Assembly (NCBI RefSeq): GCF_009914755.1
Contig: NC_060928.1
Strand: one strand, 5' to 3'
Source: the human T2T-CHM13v2.0 reference genome, Homo sapiens
DNA: 64,000 nucleotides
The position numbers were made by a program, and so were the translations under genes. Numbering within the stretch: the stretch's first letter is position 1; each line of letters begins with the position of its first letter. The notes beneath the pieces were generated by a model. The model was not told the origin of the DNA, ran no database searches, and was given only the letters and a program-made list of their open reading frames with translations. Shown here in pieces: positions 47,716 to 63,143 of this stretch.

Positions 47716-48944
47716 GCAATAATTACCCCCAAATTTAATATTTTTTGTCTGTAAGCGATAGTTTTTATCATTTTTTTAAATCAGAAAACAGTAATTTTCC
47801 CCTCTCTGGAGAATGATCCTCCCCCAACATCTGGTGTTGTCTTGAAATTTTGCATAACATGCAAAAGATGACTCATTAGGTGCCAAGTACCATCCTATAA
47901 CTTTAACATGCTTGCTTATTTTAAAGGTTTCAAATCATACTTAAGCTCAGCGTACTATTGCTTTTGAGAGATAGTTCGAATATAACAAGGTTTTAAAGCA
48001 GAAACAGAACCCAGTTTGCCCACACCCCTGCAGGGCTGGAATGTCTGTCAGCAGAGCTGAGCTTCACCACCTACAGGTCCCTGAAGCCTCATGACCCAGT
48101 TTGAAATTGCAGCCCTACTCTTGGTGTCTCTAGAGCCCTCCTCTTTCCCTTGGAGTTATAATTTCCCTCTCGGGTTTGTCTTGACTGGTGGGTGTTCAAT
48201 GTAGAGACACACAGGAAGGAAGCAAATGTGCCATGGCTGGTGGCTGCTGGTGAGGGCGTTTTCGTAGGAAAGTATGCAGGAGCCAGTTTTATTTCAAGAG
48301 CCTCCTGAAATATAACAGGTCAAATGGGTGATTGGTATTTTCTGGAACAGACTCCAAATCTACACGTTTCACTCAGCTTCTGCATTTGTGAAATGATGGG
48401 GATTTGTGCATTCATTCATTCAACCTAACTGTATTGAGTACTCAAATGCCAGACTTCACATGTTTTAAGCTCAAGAAACATGTTCCTTTTTTCAGATACA
48501 GACTTGAAAAACCTGATCAAGCTGTATCTGGTTTCAGATGGCAGTCTGAAGGAATATTTACTTTTTGACCTCTTCAAATTTTACTATCAACAGCAACAAA
48601 AAAAAAAAAAGGAAAAGAAAACTTCAATAAAAGGAAATAACCACCACACCAAAATTAAAATTATGAAGAATATGTGTCAAATATGGAAACACTTGGCAGC
48701 GCTACTTGACACTAGCCTCCTCAGACCTTGGAGAGAGGGTACTGTTTTCTTTCAAAATAAGGGTCATAGCCCTGAAAGGCACACCCAGTAGCCTTTTGAT
48801 CAGATGAATGAGATATGGAAATGTTGGGAGACCGAAGGAAAGATGGGAAATATTCTAATCAAAGCCAAGTCTCATTGCGTAGGTCTGTAAGAGAGGTATT
48901 TTGAAAGGAGAAGAAGGATTTAAAAATAGAGATTACATATATAT

Positions 48945-49152
48945 ATAAAGGACCAGATAGTAAATATTTTAGGAATTCTTGAAGCTTCTGTCACAACTAC
49001 TTTACTCTGCCTTTGCAGTGTGAAAGTAGCCATAAACAATATGAAATGAATGGGCATGGCTGTGTTCCAGTACAACTTTCAATAAAACTTTATTTACAGA
49101 AAGAGACAGTAAAATGTGTTTGTTCTGGGATCGCAGTTTGTCAAGTGCTGGT
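48945..49152. mobile_element. MER58A-like hAT MITE
   Basis: ccagatagtaaatattttagg..tgtcacaactact..gggcatggctgtgttcca..aataaaactttatttac. Confidence 0.85.
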
Positions 49153-50094
49153 TTAAAGAAAAGGGGTGTCACGCTTAGAGTTTGTTTTAAATTGATCATT
49201 CTGGTAGCTTTTGAAGAGGATAAATTTCAGGAAAGCCTGGAGGTTCCAAAAGTAGAAACCGGTAGGACCATATTTATGTCCTTGTTGATGTTCCAAGCTT
49301 ACCACATTACCATTTGGAACGAGTTTGTCTCCCCTACCCCACTCAGGTATTTCAGGTCAGGGATGGTATCACATTCATTATTGTGTTCCTAGTGTGCTCT
49401 CATTTGGGGCCTTGTGCTTGAAAGATGCTCATGAATATTTATATATTTAATGGATGAATAAATGAATAAGTAAATTGGTTACTGATTGGATAAGTGCAGA
49501 GAAGAAGCCAGGCATTTTCTCTCTCACTGTTTTCTAAATTCAGTTTTTCTCACATCACCTTCACTATTTTAACCATACCAAAAGACTCCCTGTATCTATA
49601 CAATATTTTGTTTAAATTATTCTTTTAAAACAATTCTAGACTATCTATTTTTAAGGAAATTTTAAGACACTGACAGACCTGGAAAACCAGTATCACTCAT
49701 CACACATGGAAAATAAAAATTTATATGTGAATATAAAAATAAAAATAACTCACATCCACTTAAATCAATCTTTGGTATTGCCATTTAAAAAATCATTGAT
49801 CTAATACAAAATGCTTGCTTTATAGACTGAAAATGTTGACTCATAGAAGTCACATGGCTTACTCAAAGCACAAAGCCAAGGAGCAAAACAGCTGAGCCTA
49901 GAAAGCCAGCTTCTCTGACTTCCTGATCAGTGCATTTCTGAATCAATCTGTCTTCATTGCAGGAAATAGAAAAAAATCTGTGCAAAAGGGGCTTAATGAG
50001 CAGTACTACGTGGTCATAGAATTATTGGATTCCAGATTGAATCCCCAGGAATGACTCCTTCTATAATATAGATATGGCTGTATTTATTTTCTAT

Positions 50095-50460
50095 GGCTGC
50101 TCCGAGAGAAATAGGGAAAAACAAAGTGTTATTTCCTACTCCCATGCCAATACAACACAGAACACTTCACTTCTGCTCTCCAAAATGCATATAGGGATGT
50201 CTCTCCACCAGCGACCAGTTCTGCAGCAGACATCAGCTGGGTGTCTTTTAATTTAACTCAACCCTGATGCTATCAACCTGGAGATAGTGTCAGATCCCAC
50301 AGGTTGAAGGTTCAGTCCCACAAGACTGCTCACCACTTCAGATGCCAATTGCAAGCACAGGTTGTGACTTGTGCTTCTGACCAACTGGCTATAAACAAGG
50401 GTTCCCACACCCTTTCCTTGGGTTTGATTAATTTGCTAGAGAGGCTCACTGAACTCAGAA
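50095..50460 (-). mobile_element. MER21-like LTR fragment
   Basis: cagctgggtgtc..acctggagatagtgtcagatcccacaggtt..tcagtcccacaagactgc..ttaatttgctagag..gaactcag. Confidence 0.85.
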
Positions 50461-50469
50461 TATCTATAA

Positions 50470-50850
50470 AATATTGATTTTCATTATTTCATTTCTGATA
50501 ATTGGTAGTTGTGGATTTTGTTACTTGTTTTTTTTCTTGTTAAGTATTGCTATGGGTTCATCAATATTATTGATCTTTTAAAATAAGCAACTTTTGTTTC
50601 TGCTGATTTTCTCAATTCTTTTCTGCTTTCAGTTTCATTTATTTCTTCTTATATCTTAGTCCTTTCCTTTGTTCTACATAGTTTAGGTTTACTTTACTCT
50701 TCTCTTTTAACTTTGGCATATGGAAAGTAAGAGAATTGATTTTAACTCTTTTCTGCCTAATATGTTCATTTAAATATATAGCTTATCTTCTAGACACTAT
50801 GTTAGCTGCCTCTTAAACAATTTGTTATGTTTTATATTCACCATGACTCA
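50470..50850 (-). mobile_element. Old L1M ORF2-region remnant
   Basis: tcaatattattgatctttt..caacttttgttt..ttagctgc. Confidence 0.6.
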
Positions 50851-50854
50851 GTAC

Positions 50855-51670
50855 AATTTATTTATTAAACAATTAACTAACTAACTTTTTAAAAACATCC
50901 AACAATGCCCAAGCACTGTTTTAAATACTTCAAATGCATCAGTGAACAAAGCTGAGAAAACATTTTTCTTCACAGAAATTATGGCTAGCATGTTAATTTA
51001 CAGAATTGACTTCCAACAAAGTAAAATTATAGTAACTTTGAAGGTGTCATGGAAAAAAAATAGAGCAGTATAGGGGGAATTTGGAGTATCAAGGGTCAGA
51101 GCGCTATAGAATGCCTTTTTAAAAACAGATATCCTGATGGGCTTAATTGATAAGATACCTTTTGAGGAACACTTGAAGGAGGTGAGGGAGTTAGGCTTGC
51201 AGATTTTTCTGTAAGAGCTTTCCAAGCAGAGAGAAAAATGAGTCCAAAATTTCCGGAGGCAGGAGCATTTCTCTTGTGTGTAAGGAACAGGGAACAGGCA
51301 AGAATGGCTGAATGGAATGAACGCCTTGTCATTCTTCCAATCTTCCAAATTCAGCTCAAGCAAACAACACTTCCCTAAACTCTCCTCCTGACTCCACATT
51401 TTCTGGTTATACATTACAGTAGTATTTTCTTGTGTCCTCCCATTATGGTTCTTATCCCAATATGTAATTATATATTTGTGTAATTATTCAGCTAAAAGAT
51501 TCCACTAGAAGTATTCACAGATTTCACAGAAAGTGTTCACATTTTCTACTAGAATGTGTGCACCCTGAGAACAAAGATTTTGCTGTTATACTGTATATCC
51601 CAGCATATAAAATAGGACTTGGACTTTGTACGGATTCAGTAAATATCTGTTTTCTGATGGATTTAATGTA
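50855..51670. mobile_element. L2 remnants (minus ~50855-51320, plus ~51330-51670)
   Basis: gcccaagcactgtttta..cagtgaacaaa..acttgaaggaggtgagggagt; tcagtaaatatctg. Confidence 0.6.
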
Positions 51671-53590
51671 AGAATAGTTGGAGGGGTTGAAGTATACATG
51701 CTTTAATAGATAAATCCCACCTGCTGGCAAATGGAGTTTTCCATTTATGAGCTCTAGATCTACAAAGGATTTTCTAGGCTCTACCTCCTCCTATCTTGGA
51801 ACAAAAAAGGAATTAGGGATTTCGAAGACTAGCAATTCAAACCTGTCATGGAAGAGGTATCAATAGGTTTTAGGGGCAAAAAAATAGTCACCAGTAGTAG
51901 TATTTTTTCTCAGAGATGTAAACAATTCAATACAAATGTACAAATGTACAAAAATTTATCAAATATATTAAGAGAATCACTTCTATTATATGTGACAATC
52001 TGTCTTAAACAAAAGTTGGACCATTCCAAAAATATTCAAAAGGTAACAAAGCATATTCTGATGCATGAGCACATAGTATCAACGTTGAACCTGTCACCAG
52101 CTACAGCATGTGAAATCTTCCAAAAGTCTCTGGTCTAAATTATGCACCTTGTCTTATAACTTCACTTAACATTTGTAATGTTATTCAATGCTGATTGCAT
52201 ATTAAACTTTAATACTAAGCTAATGTGTTCCTTTGTAAGTATTGTTAAAAGATACTTTAAATCAAAAGTATGCATTGCTTTGCATGAAATGCTCTTTGTG
52301 TTCTGTGGATAAGGTATAGTTTTACAAGTTTTCTTATATTTAATATCATTGGAAAATGGCAGCCATATTTATGTTTTAAATAAGCAAACTGAGGCCTAAA
52401 GAGCTCAGCTGATTCGTTCATCTAATAGAACTTGTTTCTCTGTAATTCCACAATATCTTCTTCCTAGCATGTTGAATTGTAAATGTTTATTTAAAAGCTT
52501 TATCTTTCTCACCTTATTAGTCACATGAGGGTACAAAGTGGGCAAAAGAGCATCTTTGTTTTTATAGATCCTAGAATTAACTGAGTTTTTAAGGATTTTG
52601 AAGTGTAATTATGACTGAAATAGGATTAAAACCAAGGCACTTGTTTTGAATAAAGCATATAGCCTTCCATCCCTGCTGTCTCTATTATTTGAGTTTTATC
52701 TTTTGGAAAGCATCTTTTTAATATTCTTCTCATAGACCAGTAAAAGTATATCCCAACTGTCCTTGCATATGTCTATATATGGTATAATTTTAGTATTTTT
52801 ATCATATACACTTATATGTATATATACACACATGCACAAATATATAGGTACACACATACACACACATATATACACACACAGTCAACAGTTTTATTTTTCC
52901 ATATTATTCAGCCATGATTATGTTCTTAAGATAAATTTCTAGAAATGGAAATGTTAAGTCAAAAAAGAAAAACAAAAACAAAATAGGTCATTGATAGATA
53001 TTTCCACACAATATTGAGATGTCTCTTATCTTGTACCTTTGTGAGTGCTGAATTGTATCATTCTCTTTTAAAATTATTATAGTTTTCAACTTTTAAAAAA
53101 ATTTACTTTTGTTTTGTATTATTACAATTTACAAGGAAATAAAACTCCCTCTAGTATCATTGCATTTCTTTCTTTGTGCTTATGTTTTTCCCAGTTGTCT
53201 AAGGGAGGTGCTTATCTATTTGATTTTGATAACTCTTTATGTTACAAGTACCTCAATCACTTCCTGTCATATAGCTTTCACATTTGCTTCTCATGCTAGG
53301 CATGCAGCATTAGAAAAGGAAATATTCTACTGCATGGCAATTAACACCACATAAATTCTGCAAATAACAGTATGTATCAATATTACATTTTCTCAAGTTA
53401 GTGCAAAAACATCCAAAGTCTCCAAGAATCTGCTTATGGTTGCATGATATTATTTATGATATTCTTGATGCCATTTATAATATTCTTGATATCATGATAT
53501 TCTTGTTAGCATATATCGCATAGTGGAAATGCACTACATTGCATTTAAAAACATGTATGTCATCTTGGAGAAATCTGTTACCTCCCCTGA

Positions 53591-54407
<817 letters not shown>

Positions 54408-55602
54408 AGTTTGAACTCAGTTTTTCTTAATACCCTTTCTGGCTTTGACTTTCTGTTAGTCCATTGTTGTTTAGATCCCCAAAGAATGATCTCACTCATT
54501 CAATCAATATCTGTTGAATCCATGCATTCAACAGATACTAATTGAAGCCTGTGCCAGGCACCATTCTAGGTGCTAGAGATAGAGTGGTAAACAGGAGGGA
54601 AAACATTCCCGCCACACTGTACTTATGGAGCACAGAAGGACAATGGAAATCTGGTGTCAGTGCACTGAAAGCAGGCTAGGGATCCGAGTGACAGGGATGC
54701 TCCTTGGAGAAGGAGCACAATGAAGTTTTCTCTGATTAGTGGGTAATTTACTCTCACCTCTGGATATCTTGAAAACCTAACAGAAGATTCTGTTTGCAAC
54801 TGGGCAAGAGGTATTTTAGATTCATTTCAGATGTATTTTACTAAAGTCACCTGTGGACTATACTATGAAAATTTCCTGTATTGAATACATCCCTTTAGGT
54901 CTGCCTCATTCCTGCTTACTCCTCTTGGTTGCAAATTAATTATCTACCCCCACCTTTCACGTTCTCAGTCTCCTTCACATATAGGTCTCCCTGATTGTGT
55001 GGGATACACTGCACCATGTATGAAAGACATTTCTTCACATGCCTGTGCCCATAGCTGTGCTTCTTCTTACCCTGGGGCAGCCTGCTCACTGAACACTCAG
55101 TGTGCTCTTCCTCCGGTCACAGAGCTTGGCCAAATCTTTCTGCATTCTTTGCATTACAGTATGGCTACAGAACAAACCTCACTGTGATGGAGTGTGGGAG
55201 AAGTGATGTGAGCTTCCTCCAGGCTTGGTCCAGGAAAATCTTCCATTCGTTCCCCTACATTTTATTTTTCCACTCAGGCAAGCATCCTGTTGGAGGTGGC
55301 AAATCTGCCATCATCTTTTGTCCCTGAAACACTGAGCAAACTTAAACTCCAACTCCCCCACCCTGAAACCTATCCTTCACCTAGAAACTGCCCTTACCTA
55401 ATCTGAGTCTGCAGAGTCATTACCTTTTGAATGTATGTGTTCCAATGTTTAGTCGGCTGCCTTCACTAACATCCCACTGCAAAGGCTATCAAATACTATG
55501 CCCTGCCTGAAGTGAACACTCAATGAGAATTTCATTTGATGACTTAAAATTGGGAAGAGCATGTGGAGTAACAGAATTAGAATTCCATGTATCACCTTCA
55601 TT

Positions 55603-55912
55603 GTTTTTGTTTTGTTTTGTTTTTGTTTTTTTGAGACGGAGTCTCGCTCTGTTGCCCAGGCTGGAGCGTAATGGTACAATCTCGGGTCACTGCCAGCTCC
55701 ACCTCCCAGGTTCACACCATTCTCCTGCCTCAGCCTCCTGAGTAGCTGGGACTACAGGCACCCACCACCACGCCCGGCTAATTTTTTGTATTTTTAGTAG
55801 AGACGGGTTTCACCATGTTGGTCAGGATGGTCTCGATCTCCTGACCTCGTGATCCGCCCACCTCGGCCTCCCAAAGTGCTGGGATTATAGGCGTGAGCCA
55901 CCGTGCCCAGCC
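55603..55912 (-). mobile_element. Full-length AluY-like element
   Basis: ggttcacaccattctcc..gatctcctgacctcgtgatccg; TSD caccttcatt at 55593-55602 and 55913-55922. Confidence 0.96.
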
Positions 55913-56679
55913 CACCTTCATTCTTTAGTATCAAAGGTTTCTGTTGAAAAAGGCCCTACCAAAGGATGAGATAATTAAGTACTAGAGGGAAAGAGTTTCT
56001 GAAAAAAGACCACTTCCTGGTAGCGCAAATGGGATGATTTACTTGCTTCCTCATGATTTTTAATACCAAATTTTATTTACTTATTCTCTTCTTTAATGCC
56101 CTTCAGCATATTTACACAGATTGCTTCACCCATTTCCCATATGTACTCTCTTAGCTAAAGTGTTAGCTTTCATCCAGTTATGCTCCTGTCTCCTGTCTGT
56201 CTTCACCTATTTTATTCCTTAACATCCTCATATCTTATTCTGAGCAACTATCAACACCATCTCTCTCAACCTCCAGAGATCAACTAAATAGTCCACTTCC
56301 TGTCAGAAATCATATTTGCTGATGTGGACTGGAGTTGAGATTCTTACAAAGCACAATATAACCAGGAAAACTTTCTCCACCCAATAAATATTACTTGTAA
56401 AAATAGAGTTATGTACAAAAGTTATATAATAATGAATGTCAGGAGCTGAAAGTGGTGGTTGAGGTCATGAAATCCAATTCCTTTTTTCTACTTGTTTTAT
56501 TTCCTTCTTCTTATACAGAAGTAGAATCTGAGGCCTTGGTGAATTGTCTAAGCCCTTGTAATAGTGATTGAGTAGGAAATCAGGCCAATGCTTTTTGCAG
56601 AATGTATCTTAGACAATTTAGAAAATAATTTGGCAATATTATTGAAATGAGTTTTCTTATTAAGGATGGAGTGTATAAA

Positions 56680-56940
56680 TAAGAGCTACCTGTCATTTAG
56701 CTAGGTGCTTTAAATATATTACACATGTATCTAATCTTTACAGCATTTCCACCAGGGAGGTATTATTATCCTCATTCGAAAAATGAAACAAACAAACAAA
56801 AAAACAAAAAAACTGAAGCTGGGTGAGTGGCCTAATTCCTAATTAATTGATGTTAAGAAACTTATACAAACATTTAGTAAGTGGTTTAGTTAGGATTTAA
56901 TTTGAAGCCTGTCTGGACTCCAAATATTCCGTTTCTTTTT
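56680..56940 (-). mobile_element. MIR
   Basis: taatctttacagca..aggtattattatcctcatt..aaactgaagct..ctgtctggactccaaa. Confidence 0.65.
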
Positions 56941-59900
56941 CTCTGACGTGGAGCCAGAATGAGTTCCATAACGATTCATGGCACATTGTCCTAGATATTA
57001 GAAAGGAATGAGATCTTAATCAATCTTTATTGCTTCAAAATATTGAAGTTTTTTTTTCCTCATTCTGAGTTAATCATCTAATGTATTCAACATATTGATT
57101 TTGGGGCACAGACATTAATAAAACAATCCTTAACCTCAGGGTGAAGTAACTCATGATGTAAATGAGAAACAATAGAGAAATAATATGAACTACAGTATTA
57201 AATGTTCAGCTCACAATAATTTTGGATTCTAATGCTATCAGCTCATTAAAATTTTGTCAGGTTTAAATGAGATATGTGATATTCTTTTAATTGGGGAGGG
57301 TATTCATATGCTAGTTTTAAAATTTATTTTTGTTTACTAATTAATTTGCTGATTTACTTATTTCTTCTTAATAAGGAACACTATGGGTAGAGCATGGGTT
57401 TTGCTCTTCTAAATCCTGATTGATAGCATGCTTATTTTTATCAGTTAGGAGATGTATGGCCTTGAGCAAATAATTTATACATTTTGGGCCTCAGTTTCTT
57501 AAGTCATTTAGAAATGTTGGGCCTCCATTTCTGCCTAAGTAAATTGTGCTCCACATACTGGATTCCAAAGGTACTGAGTAAACAAGTTGAAATAGTGGAT
57601 TTTAATGTAACCTGAAAACTCTGAAGTCCTAAAAAAAGTTTGTGTTTTAATAAGTGCATCATACAATTATTTTAAAAGAGCACAGATAGATTCCAGGGTG
57701 AACTACCGACCATGATAATGAGCACTCGTAGAAAATTGTAAATACAGGAATACACCTTTTCTTCAAAAAAGGAATTTAGAAAATGTTAGCTAATGCAGAG
57801 TCTATTAAGATTTTGCTGTTGTTGTAAGTTGGGATGGTGGAAATATTAGACACAAGATAGAAAGTATGTGGTCAAACTGTGTGTATTTTGGAGGCATATC
57901 TACATAGGAATGTTTGGGAAGGGTGAAAAGGAAAGTGAAAATTGATGGCAGAGATTAGAGGGCACTTAGAATCCTAATGAATAAGCCTACTTCTGGAGGT
58001 TCATTTCATTGTCAAAAAGCATAATATTATAATTAACGAAGTTTCTGCTGTGGTATCACAAAGAAATATCAAAGCTTCCTTTTACAATGGTGGAGGAATA
58101 AAAAGGAGTCAGTTTCTCTTCATTTTCCTGAAAGTGCTAAATGATTGTCATTTATCTTGGACATCAAGAATACTTGCTTGGAGTCCTGCTTCACAATTAT
58201 TTGGCTATCTCAGCTTTTCCCAGGGATTTTGCTCTGGGAAGCTAAAGACCTAAAATTTGGTTCAGAGAGGCCATGGTGGAAAAAAAACCACAAGATGCTC
58301 TGATGCCCCTCTAGATAGAAGTTAAACTTCAAGAAAAAACTGCTCTGCTCAGTTCAGGAAAGCTTCATAGGGACCAAGGGAGTGTGGCATCCTTTAGATC
58401 TCATACTTTATAATTCATTCTAGGAAATAGGAGTCATTTTTCTCATGCATTATCCACAACCTCTTTCCTTCTTCTTTTTTGTTTACTGCTATCATTATTC
58501 ATCGGATAAACACATCCATGTCTCTGAGGTCTAGACTCATGAACTCTGGAGGTCAAGCACCTGCTCTGTTCATCCTTTTGGATGAGAAACATTTACATGC
58601 AACGGGGCATTGCTTGGCTGGAGAAACAACTCTTCCGACTCAGCTAACCTGTATTTCTGGAAAAATCAGTGAGTCTACTAGATTCCGTAAAATGCCATTC
58701 CTGCTGACTCACTCCCTGCACTGGGCCAGTCTGTTCACCTCCGGTGAGTCTGAACATAGTTTTCTCATCTGTGACATTACAAAATGCAGATGGCTGCCTC
58801 TCAAAGTCCCCTGGCTTCTAAACTTCTCTGGATACAATGCCCATAAAGGAGGTTTCTACCATTACTTTTTTACTTCTCTACTTCTCTATTATTTTCCAAG
58901 ACTTCTAGGACTTGAATAGATGCTTTGAACTCTACCTTGTGTGTTTCCTGAGCAATCTCCCTGTCCCTTTGCTGCAGCAACCATCTCCAAATGCCTTTCA
59001 CCTAACCTGCTCTGAGCAGTTCCTCTCCATAGACTAATTAATCAGTCTTAACTTGTAACCTCAGGGTCCATTAAGAGAGTCTTTTATCACCCCCTCTTTT
59101 TATAAATATAGACACTGAGACCTAAAGATAGGTTGTCTTTTTCTTCAAAACACTTATATGAGGTAATTGAATCATTTATGTTTCTTTAATATGCATCTTT
59201 CTCCTGGAAAGATAAATATTACTGTCCGCGAGGACAGTGCCATACTTGTTTTTTTCCACTATCATCTCCACGTCCAGGCTTTACAAGGTTCTCCCCATAA
59301 TAGATATTTTTTAAATCAATCATTGACTTGGGTACTTGAGTGAAGACTGTTAGGCCTGAGTTTTACAGTAAACGATGTCCTCAAATTTAGACTCTTGTTA
59401 ATGTCTCCAAATGAAATTATATATGCACTAATACATAAAGTTACAGAATTGAGGGTGGGGGAAACTTTCTCATAGAAGTTTGTAGTTATGACCCATTTTC
59501 TGACAACTCCTGCTGTAGTGACCTAGCAAATTGTTTTATAAACCTCATCTTGAAATAATTATTATAGTATTATCTTCCTTGGTAAAATGAGTCATTATTA
59601 AATGAAAATATTTTTGAGCATCTGTCTATTTTTCATACATCAAAATTATCCAAAAATTAAGGAGGGTTGGATGTCTTTCAACCTCAGAGAGACTCTATTT
59701 ATAAGTGAATAAATGAATGAAGTAACTGGATCTAACTCAGAGCTAAGCCTCATCCCTGGGTCTCCTGCCCCCTAATCCAGATCCTCGGTGTCTCGTGGGC
59801 ATGCCACACACTCATTTCTGAGCCTGGGTGCCTGTTTCCATCTGCACGACTGCCTCCTCCACCCTTCTTAACTTGGCTAACTTCCCAGTCGTTCTGCAGG

Positions 59901-60689
59901 CCTCAACTGAGCAGTAACGTTTTCCAGAAACCCCTCCCTGATGCGTTTTTCCTTTATGCTGATTTACGTGTTTTTTACTTGTCTGTTTGCTCACCCCTTT
60001 ATCCCTAAACCTAGTCCAATGTCTCCTAGATGATGAATATGTGTAATAAAAGTTCTCAGGTTGTTGAATTATTTAATTTTGTGCAACCTACACAACCAAG
60101 CATTAAGATAGCAAAGGTAAATACTTGTTGAAAGTGGCCCATTTCTCTACGTGAGAGTCTCTTGTGTTTCTTTTAGGCTGCTGTCAGCATATGAGGCAAT
60201 AAGAGAGGTAAGCAATCACAAAAATCTTCCCTCCTTCCAGATTGTTACTCTGGACCCAGTGACAAAGGTAAGGACAGGTTCTCTGATTTAAATGGACTAA
60301 CGGGCCTTGAATTCCATGATTTTCCAGCTGGATTTTCACTCTCATCTAGAATTTCTCTTCGCCTGTGTTCACTTGCCAGTTATCTTACGTGGATGGCTGG
60401 GATCACTCAAACCAAAGTTTATAGCAATATGGAATTGCACTGTTATCTTGTCACTGTATAACAGCTTTTCACTTAGATGTATTTTGGTTCCTTCCCCAAC
60501 TCTCCAAAATGCACTCATATTTTTCATCAATATTTATTTATTTATTGAGCACCTACTCTATGTTAAGCACTATTTTAACCCTGGTGCTACTGCAGTGAAC
60601 CAGAAAGATAAGAATTCCTGCCTTCACAGAGTTTACATTTTAGTGCTTAATTTGTAATATTTAATAAAAATGTCTATGATTTATTTCAG

Positions 60690-61548
60690 CTGATATAGCA
60701 GATACTATTAATGTCCTTCTCTGTCCCCTTCTTCATTTCTAACAGATACCCAATTTTCATCAGGTAGGGGGTAGTCTTCTATTTCAGGGAAAAGTGGATC
60801 CTTTCTCAACCTCCGGGAGTGAGTCGTGATTGGACTTAGCCAGTCATATTGATCTTATTATTCTGGCAAGGGATTGTTTTGAAAATGGTCATGTGGGCTG
60901 GGCGTGGTGGCTCACACCTGTAATGCCAGCACTTTGGGAGACCAAGGCGGGCAAATCACATGAGGTCAGGAGTTTGAGACCAGCCTGACCAACATGACGG
61001 AACCCCATCTCTGCTAAAAATAAAAAAATTAGCTGGGCGTGGTGGCACACACCTGTACTCCCAGCTACTCATGGAGGCTGAGGCCTAATAATCTCTTGAA
61101 CCAGTGAAGCAGAGGTTGCAGTGAGCTGAGATTGCACCACTGTACTCCAGCCTGGGCGACAGGCCAAGACTGTCAAAAAAAAAAAAAAAAAGGCATGTGA
61201 CACAATTTTGGTCAAAGAAACAACAAAGAGTGATCTCTACCTGGAGGGTCTGGGATGGTGTGTTTCATTCTTAAAATGAGACACAAGATATGGTTGCTTG
61301 TTTTCTTCACCTCTGGACATTGGCATTTCCTGTGACACCTGGCATTGGGACAGCTATCCTGAGAAAATGGAGACTGAAGATGTAAGAATGGAAGAGAGTA
61401 ATCTATGCTACTGGTGATGGCAGTTGACTTTTATATTTACCGTGAGACTCTTCTACTGCCAACTTCTTGTCTTTTGAGACATATATAATCTCCCCCACTT
61501 TTTAGTTGGGCTGTTGGTTGCTTACGGCCATAACTGACCTAACTGATG
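60690..61548 (+). mobile_element. MLT1J-like LTR split by an Alu
   Basis: gtcgtgattggacttagccagtca..catgtgacacaattttggtcaa..cagctatcctg..ttagttggg..ctaactgat. Confidence 0.65.
60896..61191 (+). mobile_element. Full-length AluS
   Basis: Both arms and A tail; degenerate TSD ..catgtg on both sides. Confidence 0.96.
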
Positions 61549-61594
61549 TGGTTGGTTGTGCAGCTCTGTTTATATTGTACCCAGCATAGTATAA

Positions 61595-61820
61595 CATAAG
61601 AGCCAGGAGACTTCTTCTGTAAAAGGCCACATAGTCAGTACTTTTGGCTTTGTGGGTATCATAACCTCTCTCACATCTACTCAAGTTTGCTGTTGCAGTT
61701 GGAAAGCAACCATAGATAACCTCCAAACAGACGGGCAGGACTGTGTTCCAATAAGTTTTATGCATAGAAACAAGACCTAGGATGGATATGGCCTACAGAC
61801 AATAGTTTGCCAACCCCTAG
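61595..61820. mobile_element. MER58A-like hAT MITE
   Basis: ttctgtaaaaggccacatagt..ggctttgtggg..ctgtgttccaataa..tagtttgccaacccct. Confidence 0.85.
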
Positions 61821-62015
61821 TATAGTGGGAAGCCTATGGATTTTGGCATCACACACAACCTGTCTGAAGTCCATCTCCATGTTCTTGCTATGTTTTCTAG
61901 TATATATTCAAATATATATATGAATTGTATATATTTAGTTATTTATATAATTTATCTTTCCCATTCGCACATAAGATCCATCTGCAAAAGGCCTTAAATA
62001 CTTTTATTTAAAGTA

Positions 62016-62073
62016 CTGGGTGTTTGAGTGCAGCAGTAGATACTATCACATGCTGCTGTACTCAGACACCCAG
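62016..62073. repeat. Inverted repeat, 21-bp arms with a 16-nt spacer
   Basis: ctgggtgtttgagtgcagcag / ctgctgtactcagacacccag, 19 of 21 positions complementary. Confidence 0.95.
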
Positions 62074-63143
62074 AAGAGGGCTGAATGACTTAATGACTGT
62101 ATATTTGATTGAGATTCTGAATTACATTATTCCTATAAGGGGGGAGGGACTTCATCTCATATATGTTACCATAGCGCCTAAATAGGGAGTTTCCCACAAA
62201 AAAAAAACCTGCATGGAAATTCATTGATTACAGAAATAATACAGATTCTTCTAGTCTATTGCCACAGATCGCTCTCAAAATCTCAACCTTCTGCCATCTA
62301 AGTAAATGCTATGGATGATGGTACTGGCTGCATGATTGTAAACTAACATGCAGTAATTCTCTACTTGTCACCCTATCACCTGGAATATAATGAACTCCTG
62401 GAGAACAGGGGAAATTTTGTGATTAATGTATCACACATAATATCTTGAAACTACCTGAAATTCATTAAGTGCCTGCGAAAATTTAGTTTATTAGGCCTGT
62501 TGGTAATGGGTCAATACACTTAATTAACTTAAACATGGAAAGATACATTTAAAGGAAATAGACCCTAATTGATCACCTGCCAAGACTTCTACTTATAGAT
62601 GTTTTTAATCCCCAAAATCCTCCTCTTGAGGGGCGCTTGTTAGTAGCATTTTACCCATGGAAAGAAGGAATCTTAAATGAGTTAAATAGTTGACACGCAG
62701 ATCATGGGGTGGAGTTGCTATTCATAACCTGGCCTTTCTCTCTTAAGCCAGGAGCTCTTTTCAGAAGAAAATATTATACTTAGTAATTGTGAAGCTAACT
62801 TCCCAAGAACTGGGTTTCAAGGAAGAGCACTCATTAAAACCTGTTTCTCATGTTCTTCTCCTTGTTCCTCTTTTCATTCAGGGGATTTTCTATACTTAGT
62901 TCCAGGCAGTCATTTTGCTTTGCTTCTCATCTGACCTTTGATAGCACAGTCCAGTTCTTAACTAGGAGGCAGGCACTGATTAACTTCCACTACATTTTTT
63001 CAGTGAGTCCAAAGCATACCAGGAAGTCTACTAGCTAAAATAAAGTATACCAGGCAAGGAAAAGAGAACTGATGGAAAACTTTGTAGAGCAAAGCAAGGT
63101 CAATGACTTCCTAAGTACTCATTCTTGGGTTTCATGAAAGTTT

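Noticed and set aside
58530-58752. Cluster of GACTCA/TGAGTC AP-1-like words
   Set aside because: Only one is a full TGACTCA, and such sites occur throughout the window at background frequency
58479-58919. 146-aa ORF
   Set aside because: Non-ATG start, no recognisable domain, overlaps MIR-like sequence; this length is attainable by chance
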